Source: Thermodesulfobacteriota bacterium (GTDB lineage Bacteria > Desulfobacterota > Desulfobacteria > Desulfobacterales > SURF-7). From it: 64,000 nt of DNA. Location of the stretch: positions 63,516-127,515 of the forward strand of contig JBMORA010000029.1 in assembly GCA_049320885.1 (NCBI GenBank), written 5' to 3'. Shown here one piece after another: positions 18,266-29,101 of this stretch (its first letter is position 1; each line of letters starts with the position of its first letter). Made by a program: the position numbers and the translations under genes. The notes under the pieces are model-generated. The model made no database searches. It was not told the origin of the DNA and saw only the letters and a program-made list of their open reading frames with translations.

Positions 18266-21175
18266 CTACCAGTTTACGGGCAGACGGACGGCTTTTCCCG
18301 CCTTGTTTTTGAACAACAGATATCCATTTTGTTTTCCGAACAGAAACAGATCCCGGGTGATCTCCACATCCTTGCGGCAGTACTCCATGATCTCCCGGAT
18401 CCGGCCTTGCTTCCACCACAAAAGCGCCTGGAGCCCGTCCGCTGTTTTCCGGATTCCCAGGGTGGTGTCCGCCAGATGATCCAGGGGCAGCCGGTATCCC
18501 AGGCGTTGTTGAATTTTCTCAAGTATATCCAACGTATTGAGTTTATGAAAATCCAAGGAAGTATGCCGGCTGATCACCCGGTAGTCAAAGCGTTTGATGT
18601 TGAAGCCCACCATCAAATCCAGGGATGTCACATGGGCCACAAATTCGGTGATGTCCTTCTCCATGTATTCGAAGTAATCGTCCTTTTCCGAATCGTAGAG
18701 CACCATGCCGCTGATCCCCATGAGATCGGCATTCTGCCAGCCGCCCACTTCCTGGGCGGATCGCTGGGTTTCCACATCCAGAACGCCGTACCGAAGGGGC
18801 CTGGAAGACTGCCGAGGTTGGGGTCCGGTTTTTGTCTCCGCCGGGAGTGTTTTTTTCCATACCGGCCGCCGCTCTTGAAACACCGGGGCTTGCTCGGAAC
18901 GAATCATTTCCAGGATGAACAGGGCGCTGTTTTTGTCAATGGGCCGGTTGCCGGAACCGCATTTGGGGGAATGTACACAGGAGGGGCACCCGTTATCGCA
19001 GGGGCATCGCCGGATGCATTGATAGGTTTGCGCCAGCATTTCCCCGGCTTTGACAAAGGCCTGACGGCTCAAACCGGCGCCGCCGGGAATACCGTCATAA
19101 ATGAAAACCGCGGCGCAATTGAGCTGGGTATGCATGGGCGTGGAAATCCCGCCGAGATCGTTCCGGTCGGTCATGACAAAAAACGGGAAAATGCCGATGG
19201 CCGCATGCTCGATGGCATGGATGCCGCCCATGAAATGGAGGTAACGGTCTTCGACCGCCTGCTGCACCGACGGGGGGATCGTGAACCAGAGGCCCTCGGT
19301 TTCAAATTGCTGCGGCGGCAAATCCAGGGGGTGGATGCTGAGACGTTTTTTAGCCTGAATCCGCCATGTTTCATAACCGGTTACCTGCTCGGTGACCTTC
19401 AGCCGGCCCAGGAAAATCCGGGTGCCCCGGATGGTCTTTTCCGCGTCCACGGACAATATTTCCGTATTCTTGCTGGTCCTGGCCCTGGTGTAGTAATCTG
19501 CATTCACCGCGGCGACCAGGACGGTATGGGAGGCCAAATCCAGTTCCTCTACCCGGTGGGTTTCCCCGTGATGCAGGTAGATCGCACCGGGATGGGTTTC
19601 CGTAAAGGCCCTGAAACCATCTATTTCCCCTTTGCTTTCACCGGTCTCGGCGCAGGTGATGACAAAGCGGTTGCCGGTGCCGCGCAAATCCACTTGTCGA
19701 TGGGGGTTTTTATACCGTGAGAAAAAGACCCCTCCTTCCGCGCTCTGGAGCAATTCAGCCTTTTCATGCAGGCGTTCCACGGTTTCGGTGATCTTCTTCT
19801 CCTCCAGGAACGGTTCACCGCCTTTCAGGGGTAACTCCGCCGCGGCGCAAACAAGATGTTTTTCCATGACATGCGGATTGAAGGGATTGATTACGGCCGC
19901 CTCCGGTGGTTTTTGAATGAACTCCGCTGGATTTCGGGCGAAATACTGATCCAGCGCGTCCTCGCCGGCAATCAGGACCAGGGCCGATTCCTGCCCGCTC
20001 CGCCCTACCCTCCCTCCCCGCTGCCAGGTGGCCATAATGGAACCGGGATAGCCGACCAGTATGCACAGATCCAGATCACCGATATCGATGCCCAGTTCAA
20101 GGGCGCTGGTGGAAATCACGGCCAACAAATCCCCCCGGGACAGTTTTTCCTCGATCGCCCTTCTTTCTTCCGGCAGGAAGCCGGCGCGATAGGCGCTGAT
20201 CTTGTTCTGAAAGCGGCCGGACTGGCTGCCGGCCCAGATGGCGATCAGTTCGGTCATTTTTCGGGACTGGGTGTAAACGATGGTCCGGAGTCCCCGGTGC
20301 AGAGCCGCTTTGAGCAACAGAATGGCGGTCTGGGCAGGGCCGGAATCCGGGTTCATGATCACCAGATGCCGTATCCCCCTGGGCGCTCCGGATTTGTCGA
20401 TGACCTGGACTTTCAAACCGGTGAGCAGCCCGGCGAGTTCATCGGGATTGGCGATGGTGGCCGAACTGAAAACGAATGCCGGGGAGACGCCGTAATAATC
20501 GCAGATCCTGCGCAGCCTGCGGAAGACGAGCGCCATATGAGACCCCATGACGCCGCGATACGAATGGACTTCATCCACCACCACCAGCTTCAATCTGGAA
20601 AGCAGTCCCTGCCATTTGTCATGGTGGGGTAAAATGGATAGGTGCAGCATTTCAGGATTGCTCATCAGCACATGCGGGGGGGTCTGGCGGATTTTCTTGC
20701 GCTGCCAGGCGGTGGTGTCGCCGTCATAAATGGCCGCCGTGGGTTTCCAGCGGTCAGGGAAAGCGGCCGCCATCTCGCAGAAGGCTCTCAACTGATCCTG
20801 GGCCAGGGCCTTGAGGGGGAACAGATACAGGGCCTTGAATTCGGGGTCGCTTTCAATATGTTCCAGCACCGGCAGGTTGTAAATCAGGGTTTTCCCGCTG
20901 GCCGTGGGCGTGGCCACCACGACATGCTGACGGCGGCGGATCAGGTCGATGGCTTCCACCTGATGACTGTATAACCGGCGGATGCCGGTCTGATTCAGGA
21001 GGTTTTGAATGGCGGCCGGCCATTTCCCCCGGATATCGGTAAAGCGGGGAGGCTTCTCTTCGAATACCTGATGATGGGTCACCAGATGCCGCATCCGGTC
21101 CGAATGAAGCAGGGAGTGTATGTATTCCGATATGTGAGCGCCGGCCGCCATGTTTCGCACCCATTTCTTGTCCAC
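18266..21175 (-). CDS. DEAD/DEAH-box helicase with DUF1998 Zn domain fused to a C-terminal RNase H-like 3'-5' exonuclease (MrfA/YprA plus MrfB/YprB-like)
   Basis: TPTASGKT, DEVH, SAT, ELGIDIG, QRGGRVGR, CPCDNGCPSC; then LDVETQ, FNIKRFD, YCRKDV. Confidence 0.88.
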   Translation of the reverse strand: MDKKWVRNMAAGAHISEYIHSLLHSDRMRHLVTHHQVFEEKPPRFTDIRGKWPAAIQNLLNQTGIRRLYSHQVEAIDLIRRRQHVVVATPTASGKTLIYNLPVLEHIESDPEFKALYLFPLKALAQDQLRAFCEMAAAFPDRWKPTAAIYDGDTTAWQRKKIRQTPPHVLMSNPEMLHLSILPHHDKWQGLLSRLKLVVVDEVHSYRGVMGSHMALVFRRLRRICDYYGVSPAFVFSSATIANPDELAGLLTGLKVQVIDKSGAPRGIRHLVIMNPDSGPAQTAILLLKAALHRGLRTIVYTQSRKMTELIAIWAGSQSGRFQNKISAYRAGFLPEERRAIEEKLSRGDLLAVISTSALELGIDIGDLDLCILVGYPGSIMATWQRGGRVGRSGQESALVLIAGEDALDQYFARNPAEFIQKPPEAAVINPFNPHVMEKHLVCAAAELPLKGGEPFLEEKKITETVERLHEKAELLQSAEGGVFFSRYKNPHRQVDLRGTGNRFVITCAETGESKGEIDGFRAFTETHPGAIYLHHGETHRVEELDLASHTVLVAAVNADYYTRARTSKNTEILSVDAEKTIRGTRIFLGRLKVTEQVTGYETWRIQAKKRLSIHPLDLPPQQFETEGLWFTIPPSVQQAVEDRYLHFMGGIHAIEHAAIGIFPFFVMTDRNDLGGISTPMHTQLNCAAVFIYDGIPGGAGLSRQAFVKAGEMLAQTYQCIRRCPCDNGCPSCVHSPKCGSGNRPIDKNSALFILEMIRSEQAPVFQERRPVWKKTLPAETKTGPQPRQSSRPLRYGVLDVETQRSAQEVGGWQNADLMGISGMVLYDSEKDDYFEYMEKDITEFVAHVTSLDLMVGFNIKRFDYRVISRHTSLDFHKLNTLDILEKIQQRLGYRLPLDHLADTTLGIRKTADGLQALLWWKQGRIREIMEYCRKDVEITRDLFLFGKQNGYLLFKNKAGKAVRLPVNW

Positions 21176-21248
21176 CCTGTTTCATATCATTTCCAACCGT
21201 AATTGCAACCGCGGCGGTCGGCAGGATTCGGGTTGGAAAGGGCGGGCT

Positions 21249-22340
21249 TCAGTTCGCGCACATCCGCAGCACCTCTCCGGCGATTTTGTCCAGAGGCAGG
21301 ATTTTGTCCACTCCGCCGAGTTTGATGGCTTCGTTGGGCATGCCGAACACGACACAGGAGGCTTCGTCCTGGGCGATGGTGGAGGCTCCGGCCTCTTTCA
21401 TTTCCAGCATGCCCTTGGCGCCGTCATCCCCCATTCCGGTCATGATGACGCCCACGGCGTTTTTCCCGGCGTATCGCGAGGCGGAACGAAACAAGACATC
21501 CACCGAGGGTCGGTGGCGGCTGACCAGCGGACCGTCCTTGACTTCCACGAAATACCGGGCGCCGCTTCGTTTCAGCAGGGTGTGACGATTTCCGGGGGCG
21601 ATGAGGGCATGGCCCGGAATCACCGTATCGTTGTTTTCCGCCTCCTTGACGGATATCCGGCAGATCCCGTTCAAGCGGTTGGCAAAGGCGGTGGTGAATT
21701 TTTCCGGCATGTGCTGGACAATGACGATGCCGGGGGAATCCAGGGGCAGGATCTCCAAAAATTCCCGCAAGGCTTCGGTTCCGCCGGTGGAGGCGCCCAC
21801 CACCACCACTTTTTCAGTTGTCTGCAGCATGGCCCGGGAAACGGTTTTCGGGATGATCACATCGGCGCTCAACTTTTTGGAGATCGGTTTTTTGTGCAAT
21901 GCCTGCGAAATGGGCCTCAGTTTTGCCTGGGCCGCCGCTTTCACGGAGTCACAGATTTTGATTTTCGATTCCTGCAGGAATTCCCTGGTGCCCAGTTTGG
22001 GCTTGGTGATAATATCGATGGCGCCGTATTCCAGGGCTTTCAGGGTTGTTTCCGCCCCCTTGTCCGTCAGGCTGGAACACATGACCACCGGTATGGGGTG
22101 CTGGCTCATGATTTTGTGAAGAAAGGTGATGCCGTCCATGCGCGGCATTTCCACATCCAGGGTAATGACATCCGGCACTTCTTTTTTTAATTTATCGGCG
22201 GCGATGAACGGATCGGAAGCGGTACCCATGACCTCGATGGCCGGATCCGAATTGAGGATTTCTTCCAGGGTCTGCCGCACAACGGCCGAATCATCTACAA
22301 TCAGCACCCGAATTTTCTTGTTCATGGTTGTGCTCGTCAC
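21249..22340 (-). CDS. cheB: Chemotaxis methylesterase
   Basis: REC domain plus [24 protein letters not shown]. Confidence 0.96.
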   Translation of the reverse strand: MTSTTMNKKIRVLIVDDSAVVRQTLEEILNSDPAIEVMGTASDPFIAADKLKKEVPDVITLDVEMPRMDGITFLHKIMSQHPIPVVMCSSLTDKGAETTLKALEYGAIDIITKPKLGTREFLQESKIKICDSVKAAAQAKLRPISQALHKKPISKKLSADVIIPKTVSRAMLQTTEKVVVVGASTGGTEALREFLEILPLDSPGIVIVQHMPEKFTTAFANRLNGICRISVKEAENNDTVIPGHALIAPGNRHTLLKRSGARYFVEVKDGPLVSRHRPSVDVLFRSASRYAGKNAVGVIMTGMGDDGAKGMLEMKEAGASTIAQDEASCVVFGMPNEAIKLGGVDKILPLDKIAGEVLRMCAN

Positions 22341-22361
22341 CTATGTCGGGAAAGGTACGAT

Positions 22362-22922
22362 CTATGAAACCAAAACCGGCAGGATTTTTTCCGCTTTCCG
22401 GATTTTTTGATACAATTGCCGGACGGTTGCCTGCTCCCTGTCGATGAATTGTTCGAACCCCTGCATGGGGCTTCGTTTCAGCAACACCATACCGGTGTCC
22501 GTATGAAAATAGATTTTTCGGACATCTGCGCCGCCCAGATCGTAACTTTCGATCCGGATTTTTTTTTCAGCCAAAAATCCGAGCACGAATTCTGAAAGAT
22601 GCCGACCGACTCCGCGATGGTCCGAAATGGTCTGCAGCAGATGGGCCCCGCCGAATGCCTTGGCGATCAGGTTCCGCTGCTTGGCCCCCAATCTCATAAG
22701 GCTGTTGATTAGCATCTCAATGGCGTTGTGGGCATACCGGGATGTCGCATCATCCATCTTCGACCCGGCGATCCCCGGCAAGAGGATATGATTCATGCCG
22801 CCGATTCCTTGCGTCGGATCGAACAGACAAACGGCCACGCAGGAGCCCAGCAGCGTGTAGATAACGGCGGGGGTTTGGCTGACATGGAGTTCGCCGATAT
22901 GGATGGAGACGTTTTTTTTCAT
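22362..22922 (-). CDS. cheD: Chemoreceptor glutamine deamidase
   Basis: TLLGSCVAVC, GGMNHILLP, KAFGGA. Confidence 0.92.
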   Translation of the reverse strand: MKKNVSIHIGELHVSQTPAVIYTLLGSCVAVCLFDPTQGIGGMNHILLPGIAGSKMDDATSRYAHNAIEMLINSLMRLGAKQRNLIAKAFGGAHLLQTISDHRGVGRHLSEFVLGFLAEKKIRIESYDLGGADVRKIYFHTDTGMVLLKRSPMQGFEQFIDREQATVRQLYQKIRKAEKILPVLVS

Positions 22923-23782
22923 TTTTCCGGCTTCCGGTACACCGATGTCGCCACCGGAAGGAAATGCTCGTTTATGCCGTGGAGTGTTTCCGAATGACCG
23001 ATGAACATGTAGCCGCCGGGAACCAGCACGCGGAAAAATTTTTCAAACAGGCGCTGCTGGGTCACCCGGTCGAAATAGATGATGACATTGCGGCAGAAAA
23101 TGATATCCATGGGCGCCTTGATGTCGAAATCCCTGCCCTCCACGAGATTCAGCCGCAAAAGGGTTACATGTCTGCGCAACTCGGGGGCCACCCGGCAGAA
23201 CCCGGTCCGGGAGCCCTTGCCTTTCAAAAAATATCTGTATTTCATATTCTTGGGAACCGGGACCACGGCTTCTTCCGGATATATGGCCTGGCGTGCCTTT
23301 TCCAGCACCCTGGTGGAGATGTCGGTGGCCAGAATGGAAAATTCTCCCGCCTTTCTCGTAAAATATTCCGCCATCACCATGGCGAGCGTATAGGGTTCCT
23401 CCCCGCTGCTGCAACCGGCGCTCCAGACACACAATTTTCGTCCTCCCGTTCCCCGTCCCAGGCGGGTCAGTTGCGGCAGGGCATGATCCACCAGGTAATC
23501 GAAATGGGCCGCCTCCCGGAAGAAATCGGTCTTGTTGGTGGTGACCGCGTCGATCATGGGAGTCAGTTCGTTCTCCCGTCCTTCGGGACTGATGACGTAG
23601 TCGTAGTACTGACGGAATGTCTGGAGCCCGCATATACGCAGCCGTTTGCTCAGTCGCGACATCAGCATGGTCTTTTTGGCCGGGGGCAGCTTCACCCCGC
23701 ATTGGGCATAGACGAATTCGCTGAACCGTTTGAAATCGGCATCCGACAAGGCGGGGGTGTGATGCAGTTCGGACTGGTTCAT
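22919..23782 (-). CDS. cheR: Chemotaxis methyltransferase
   Basis: TTNKTDFFRE, WSAGCSSGEEPY, CRNVIIYFD, GHSE. Confidence 0.96.
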   Translation of the reverse strand: MNQSELHHTPALSDADFKRFSEFVYAQCGVKLPPAKKTMLMSRLSKRLRICGLQTFRQYYDYVISPEGRENELTPMIDAVTTNKTDFFREAAHFDYLVDHALPQLTRLGRGTGGRKLCVWSAGCSSGEEPYTLAMVMAEYFTRKAGEFSILATDISTRVLEKARQAIYPEEAVVPVPKNMKYRYFLKGKGSRTGFCRVAPELRRHVTLLRLNLVEGRDFDIKAPMDIIFCRNVIIYFDRVTQQRLFEKFFRVLVPGGYMFIGHSETLHGINEHFLPVATSVYRKPEK

Positions 23783-23788
23783 GGGAAA

Positions 23789-24343
23789 TCACACCGGCGC
23801 TTCCGCCGGGAAGGCATTTTCTTCCCGCCCACCGTTGGGGAGTTCCCTTGCCGAAGTTTCCCCTTCACCGGTTTCCTTCACCATGGCCAGTTCCTCCATG
23901 GAGAAAACCCGGTCTATATCCAATATGATTAAAAATTTATCGTCCTGCTTGCCCATCCCCTTGATGAATTCCGTTTTTAATTTGGTGCCGATCTTGGGCG
24001 GCGCCGCGATCTGGGTGTCCTGAAGATCGATCACTTCCTTGACGGAATCCGCCAGGGCGCCCATCTGGGTAAGATCGCCGTCGATATCCAGTTCCACGAT
24101 GATGATGCAGGTATCCACCGTTTTCTGGATGGCGGCCATGCCGAGCTTCAGGCTCATATCCACCACCGGCACGACATTGCCGCGCAGGTTGATGACTCCC
24201 CGCAAAAAATCCGGCATTCGCGGCACTTTGGTGATGCTGGTATAATCGAGTACTTCACGAACCTTGGAGATTTCCAGGGCGAAATCCTCTTCCCCGATGG
24301 TAAATGTCAGATACTGGGTTGACTGATTCATGGCGGCGCTCAT
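23789..24343 (-). CDS. cheW: Chemotaxis coupling protein
   Basis: QYLTF, GVINLRGNVVPV. Confidence 0.95.
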   Translation of the reverse strand: MSAAMNQSTQYLTFTIGEEDFALEISKVREVLDYTSITKVPRMPDFLRGVINLRGNVVPVVDMSLKLGMAAIQKTVDTCIIIVELDIDGDLTQMGALADSVKEVIDLQDTQIAAPPKIGTKLKTEFIKGMGKQDDKFLIILDIDRVFSMEELAMVKETGEGETSARELPNGGREENAFPAEAPV

Positions 24344-24365
24344 GTTCCCCTCCTGTCTTGACTTG

Positions 24366-26576
24366 TTAATACCGCTCGAACTCGCTGTCGTCCGCTTCCC
24401 GCATCTCCAGGTGAACGCCGGAACCCGTTTGGCTGTGTCCCGGAACAGGCGCTTGAAAACGGCCGGCGGGCTCCCCCTTGATCATCGGGACGGACTGCCT
24501 GTCGGCGCTCCGTTTCTCCCGGGGCGAGCGCCCGGAATAGGATGTCCGAAAGGTGCGGCTGATCCCTTCGTGCTCAATTTTGAAAAATGCAGCCGCTTCC
24601 TTCAACTGTTCCGCCTGGCCGGATAATTCCTCGCTGGTGGAAGCCATTTCCTCCGTTGCGGCGGCGTTCTGCTGAATGATCTGATCCAGCTGCTGCACCG
24701 CCTGGGTCACCTGCCGGATGCCGTCGGCTTGCTCCGAGCTGGCGGCGTTGATTTCCTGCACCAGCTCCGCTGTTTTCTGGATCCCCGGCACGATGCTCTC
24801 CAACAACCGGCCTGCTTTTTCAGATACTTCCACGCTGGATATGGACTGGGCGCTGATCTCCTTGGCGGCGGTCTGGCTCCGTTCCGCCAGCTTCCGGACT
24901 TCGGCCGCCACCACCGCGAAGCCCTTGCCGTGTTCTCCGGCCCGGGCCGCCTCAATGGCGGCGTTCAGGGCCAGCATGTTGGTTTGCCGCGCGATCTCCT
25001 CGATGATGCCGATCTTTTCGGAAATCGTCTGCATGGCCTTTACCGTTTCGGAAACCGCCTTGCCGCCTTCCGCAGCGTCGGCGGCCGCCTTGCGCGCGAT
25101 GGTGGCGGTCTCCTTGGCATTGTCGGCATTCTGTTGTACCGTGCTGTTCATTTCCTCCATGGAACTGGAAACCTCTTCCACACTGGCCGATTGCGCCGTG
25201 GCGCCCTGGGACATCTGCTGGCCGGTGGCGCTGATCTGTTGACTGCCGGAAGCCACCTGATCGGCGGCCATCTGCACATTGGCGGCAATTTCCTTCAGAT
25301 CCCTCACCATGGCGTCCAGGGCGATCATCAGCGCGTCCTGATCGGAACGCTTTTCCACTTTCACCTTCAGGTTGCCCCTGGAAATTTCCTGGGCCAGCCT
25401 GGTGATTTCGTTGGTGGAGGTGATCAGCAGGTTCACGTTATTCTTGATGTCATTGAAATCCCCCTTATAGTCCGCGGTAATGGGCTCGGGCACGTCCCCC
25501 CTGGACATCCGGTTGAGGTAGGTGGCCGTCACGGTGAAGGGCGCCACAAACGCCTCGATGAGCCCGTTCAACCCGTGGACCATCTCCTGCCAGCCGCCGG
25601 CAAACTCCTTTCCATTGCCCCTTGCGGTGAGTTTGCCGTTCTTGATTTCCCCGGAAATGCTTTGAATTTCCTGGACCAGCCGGCGGATGTTCCCGATCAT
25701 TCCCTGGAGGGATTGGCCCAGGATATCTTTTTCCGAAAGCAGTTTGATCTGGATATTCATGTCGCCGTCGGACAGCCGGCGGGCCATTTGAACCGTGGCG
25801 TTCAGGTTTTCCACCATGGTTTTCATGGCCGCCAGCAACTGGCCGGCCTCGTCCCGACCGGTGACCTGGATGTCCATGGACAGATCGCCCAGGGATAGAC
25901 TTCTGGCGACCTGGACGCCCAATTCCAGGGGCCTGGTGATGGCGCGGGTGATGATCCAGGCAAACACCAGTGCCAACAAGACTCCCAGGATGGTCAGGAA
26001 AATGGATATGGTTTGGACCTGGCCGGCGATCTGATCGTACAACTCATCGGCTTCGTTGGTCTCCGTTTTCAAGGCTTCGTTGATTTTATTCAGCAGGGCA
26101 ATGGACGCTTCCTTGGCGGTATCCACCGTTTCGTCCAATTCGCGGATCCGGCGTTCGTCCTCGGCTGCCCCTTTTTCCAATAGGGGCAGCATTTCTTTTT
26201 CAAAGATCCGCAGGTAATTCTCGTACTCCGTGGCGAATTCACCGGCCCATTTTTTTTCCTGACTGGTATCGGCCAAATCATCGATGGTTTCCAGGTCCTT
26301 TTCCGCCTGGGCTTTGATCTGTGAAAAAGCCTTGCGGCTCTCCTCCAGATTGCGATTGATGACCGCGTCGGCGATGACGGAATAGACGCCGTTGACCTGG
26401 CTGACAATCTCGCCGATGTGAAGGGAATCCCGCGACCTTCCGGCGCCTTCATCCTGGAGCGCCGACAAGCGGTGCATCTGGAAGATTTGATAGGCCGTCA
26501 CGATCACAAAAAGAAGCACCACCGCGCTGAAGCCGCCGAACAATTTTTTGCCGATTTTTATGTCCGAAAATTTCAT
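24366..26576 (-). CDS. Methyl-accepting chemotaxis protein (helical periplasmic sensor, multiple HAMP domains)
   Basis: Two TM segments, repeated HAMP-like segments, [28 protein letters not shown]-terminal EFERY. Confidence 0.94.
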   Translation of the reverse strand: MKFSDIKIGKKLFGGFSAVVLLFVIVTAYQIFQMHRLSALQDEGAGRSRDSLHIGEIVSQVNGVYSVIADAVINRNLEESRKAFSQIKAQAEKDLETIDDLADTSQEKKWAGEFATEYENYLRIFEKEMLPLLEKGAAEDERRIRELDETVDTAKEASIALLNKINEALKTETNEADELYDQIAGQVQTISIFLTILGVLLALVFAWIITRAITRPLELGVQVARSLSLGDLSMDIQVTGRDEAGQLLAAMKTMVENLNATVQMARRLSDGDMNIQIKLLSEKDILGQSLQGMIGNIRRLVQEIQSISGEIKNGKLTARGNGKEFAGGWQEMVHGLNGLIEAFVAPFTVTATYLNRMSRGDVPEPITADYKGDFNDIKNNVNLLITSTNEITRLAQEISRGNLKVKVEKRSDQDALMIALDAMVRDLKEIAANVQMAADQVASGSQQISATGQQMSQGATAQSASVEEVSSSMEEMNSTVQQNADNAKETATIARKAAADAAEGGKAVSETVKAMQTISEKIGIIEEIARQTNMLALNAAIEAARAGEHGKGFAVVAAEVRKLAERSQTAAKEISAQSISSVEVSEKAGRLLESIVPGIQKTAELVQEINAASSEQADGIRQVTQAVQQLDQIIQQNAAATEEMASTSEELSGQAEQLKEAAAFFKIEHEGISRTFRTSYSGRSPREKRSADRQSVPMIKGEPAGRFQAPVPGHSQTGSGVHLEMREADDSEFERY

Positions 26577-26626
26577 GAGTCCTCCTGATGAATGACATCG
26601 TCTGGATGGTTTCAGTAGCGTTCAAA

Positions 26627-28717
26627 TCAATCATTACCGGTGAGCCGTTCCATTTCTTCGTTGCAGGCGCAACGCACCAGCTCCGGAATATCCAGAATCA
26701 AGGCCACGGTTCCGTCGCCCATGATGGTGGCTCCGGACAAACCGTCCGCGTCCTGATAAATCTTGCCGAGGGACTTGATGACCGTCTGGTGGTCGCCGAT
26801 GATATGATCCACCACAATGCCCATCCGGAGATCATCGAGGCGCACGATGGCGATGTGTTCTATGGAGGGTCTTGTTTCCCGGATATCGAAAAATTCCCGC
26901 AGGCGGATCAGCGGCACCAATTCCCCGCGCACGGGAATCACGTTGCGGCCATGGGTGGTTTCGGCCTTTTCCTTGGGCAGCTCGACACATTCCTCGATCA
27001 TGGAAAGAGGTAAAACAAAAAAATTGCCGGCAACCTTGACCAGCAGACCGTCGATGATGGCCAGGGTCAGGGGCAAGGAGAGATGGATGGCCGTCCCCCG
27101 GCCTTTCTGGCTGGTGATATCCACCGAACCACCCAGGGATTCGATTTCCCGCTTGACCACATCCATGCCCACGCCGCGTCCGGAAACACTGGTCACCTGC
27201 TTTGCGGTGGAAAAGCCGGCCGCGAAGATCTGGCTCCATATCTCTTTGTCAGCCAGCTTGGCTTCCGGTGAAATCAGCCCCTTTTCAATGGCCTTCTGAC
27301 GGATGGCGTCGCGATCGAGCCCCCGGCCGTCATCCTTGATGGTGATCACCACCTTGGCACCCCGATGGGCGGCCATGAGGCTGATGGTCCCCTCTTCCGG
27401 CTTGCCGGATTGAATTCGTTCCCCGGGCGCTTCGATTCCGTGGTCGATGCTGTTGCGAATCAAGTGGACCAAGGGATCGTTGAGGCGTTCAATGACCGTT
27501 TTGTCCAGTTCGGTTTCCGCCCCTTCGGTGATGAGACGGATGGTTTTACCCAGATCGGCGGACAGATCCCGCACCAGCCGGTTGAATTTGCTGAAGGTGG
27601 TCCCGATGGGCAGCATGCGGATATTCAGCACCACATCCCGCAATTCGGCGGTGAGGCGCTCGATTTCCTCCACCGGCGTCGCCAGTTCCATTTCCTTGAT
27701 GGCATGGGCCACCTGGGACAAGCGCGCCTGGGTGATGACCAGTTCACCGACCAGGTTCACGAGATGGTCGAGTTTATCGGAAGGAACCCGGACACTGGCC
27801 GCCTTTGCGGCCAAGCGGCGTTGATCGATGATTTTTTGCTCTTTAAGGGCGGAGAAGACTTTGTCCTCGGATACGGCCCCCGAGGCCACCAGCAGTTCAC
27901 CGATGCGTTTCTGGCCGGCCAGGGCGCGTTTGATCTCCTCCGGATCGGCATCCCCTTTTTGGATCAAAATTTCACCGAGTTTGGGAATGGGAAGTTCCGG
28001 ATCATCCGGTCCGGCCTCGGTGACGGCCTCCATTTCAATCCGGCATTTGTCTTCCACAAAAATGAAGACATCCTTGATGGCGTTAAGACCCCTGGCGGTG
28101 GTCAGGGCGATATCCCAGTAGAGCCAACATTGATCCGGGACGAGGTTTTCCAGGGGGGGGATTGCATCGGTAAGGCCCATGATTTCACAATTCCCCAATT
28201 CCCGGAGTCCGTCCAGCAGATCGGCCGGGTCCATGCCGGATTCGGCGAAATTCGGCAGGGGCGTAAACCGGATACGATACAGCAGCTCCTTTCCCTGGGT
28301 TGCGTCGGGCTCTTCCTGTGTTGCCGGCGCCGGCGCGACGGTCAATGCCGCCAGTCCGGCGATAATCCGGCTGCCGGCCGCCTCATCCACCGGATCACCC
28401 CCGGCGGCCGCATCCAGCAATGCATGGATGTGGTCCCGGGAGGCCAGAATCAGGTCGATCATGCCTTTTTTCACCGGGATGCTGCCGTCCCGGACTTTAT
28501 CCAGGGCGGTTTCCACATGGTGGGTAAATCCCGCGATATCGTCGAAACCGAACATGCCGCCCGATCCCTTGATGGTATGCATGGCGCGGAAAAGGCGGTT
28601 GACCTGTTCCAGATCCTCCGGATTTTTTTCGATTTCCAGCACGGTTTCTTCGATTTCCGCCAGCAACTCCTCGGCTTCCTGGCGAAAGGTGTCGACAAAC
28701 TGATTCGCGTTGCTCAT
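26627..28717 (-). CDS. cheA: Chemotaxis histidine kinase CheA with an MshEN-like insert
   Basis: Hpt LFRAMHTIKG, HLIRNSIDHG, DDGRG, SGRGVGMDVV, C-terminal CheW domain. Start set at MSNANQF. Confidence 0.95.
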   Translation of the reverse strand: MSNANQFVDTFRQEAEELLAEIEETVLEIEKNPEDLEQVNRLFRAMHTIKGSGGMFGFDDIAGFTHHVETALDKVRDGSIPVKKGMIDLILASRDHIHALLDAAAGGDPVDEAAGSRIIAGLAALTVAPAPATQEEPDATQGKELLYRIRFTPLPNFAESGMDPADLLDGLRELGNCEIMGLTDAIPPLENLVPDQCWLYWDIALTTARGLNAIKDVFIFVEDKCRIEMEAVTEAGPDDPELPIPKLGEILIQKGDADPEEIKRALAGQKRIGELLVASGAVSEDKVFSALKEQKIIDQRRLAAKAASVRVPSDKLDHLVNLVGELVITQARLSQVAHAIKEMELATPVEEIERLTAELRDVVLNIRMLPIGTTFSKFNRLVRDLSADLGKTIRLITEGAETELDKTVIERLNDPLVHLIRNSIDHGIEAPGERIQSGKPEEGTISLMAAHRGAKVVITIKDDGRGLDRDAIRQKAIEKGLISPEAKLADKEIWSQIFAAGFSTAKQVTSVSGRGVGMDVVKREIESLGGSVDITSQKGRGTAIHLSLPLTLAIIDGLLVKVAGNFFVLPLSMIEECVELPKEKAETTHGRNVIPVRGELVPLIRLREFFDIRETRPSIEHIAIVRLDDLRMGIVVDHIIGDHQTVIKSLGKIYQDADGLSGATIMGDGTVALILDIPELVRCACNEEMERLTGND

Positions 28718-28754
28718 CTCCCACCTCATTGAAAAGATGTATCCGGTAGTACAT

Positions 28755-29051
28755 TTATAAGACCGTTTCGGTGTCAAATCCGATGCGCCGGCAATATGCG
28801 GCCATGTGGGCCGGCATGTCTTCCATCACGGTTTTTCCGGTATGGATTCCGGAGGGGGTACAGGCGGAAATCAGCAGTTGAACTCCGTATATATCGCACG
28901 CGTCCACCTTTCCTAGCAGAATGCGGATGTCCTTGCCGGTTTTTTGTTCCGCCAGCAACCGGCTGTGCAGAGCTTCCATTGCATCGATGGTCAATGCGCC
29001 CGACACCGCAAGGCGAATCCGACGATCGTCCTCTTCCTTTTCCATCTGCAT
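28755..29051 (-). CDS. STAS domain protein
   Basis: LAVSGALTI...VDACDIYGVQLLIS; position before cheA is typical; GGAGG ribosome-binding site. Confidence 0.75.
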   Translation of the reverse strand: MQMEKEEDDRRIRLAVSGALTIDAMEALHSRLLAEQKTGKDIRILLGKVDACDIYGVQLLISACTPSGIHTGKTVMEDMPAHMAAYCRRIGFDTETVL

Positions 29052-29101
29052 GCTCACACCTCCTGAAACGCTTTTATTAGGGTTCAACGGTTATCATTTT
29101 T

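Noticed and set aside
18008..19720. 570-aa plus-strand ORF
   Set aside because: Antisense shadow of the helicase and cheX genes; no recognisable motifs. Long shadow ORFs are expected in GC-rich coding DNA.
18266..21175. DISARM or Druantia defence system suggested by the DUF1998 helicase
   Set aside because: No methyltransferase, SNF2 helicase or PLD nuclease nearby; the architecture fits MrfAB-type repair better.
27365..28732. 455-aa plus-strand ORF, and similar ones at 8522..9769, 24729..25898, 30266..31366 and 52418..53476
   Set aside because: All lie antisense to confidently identified genes and show no motifs of their own.
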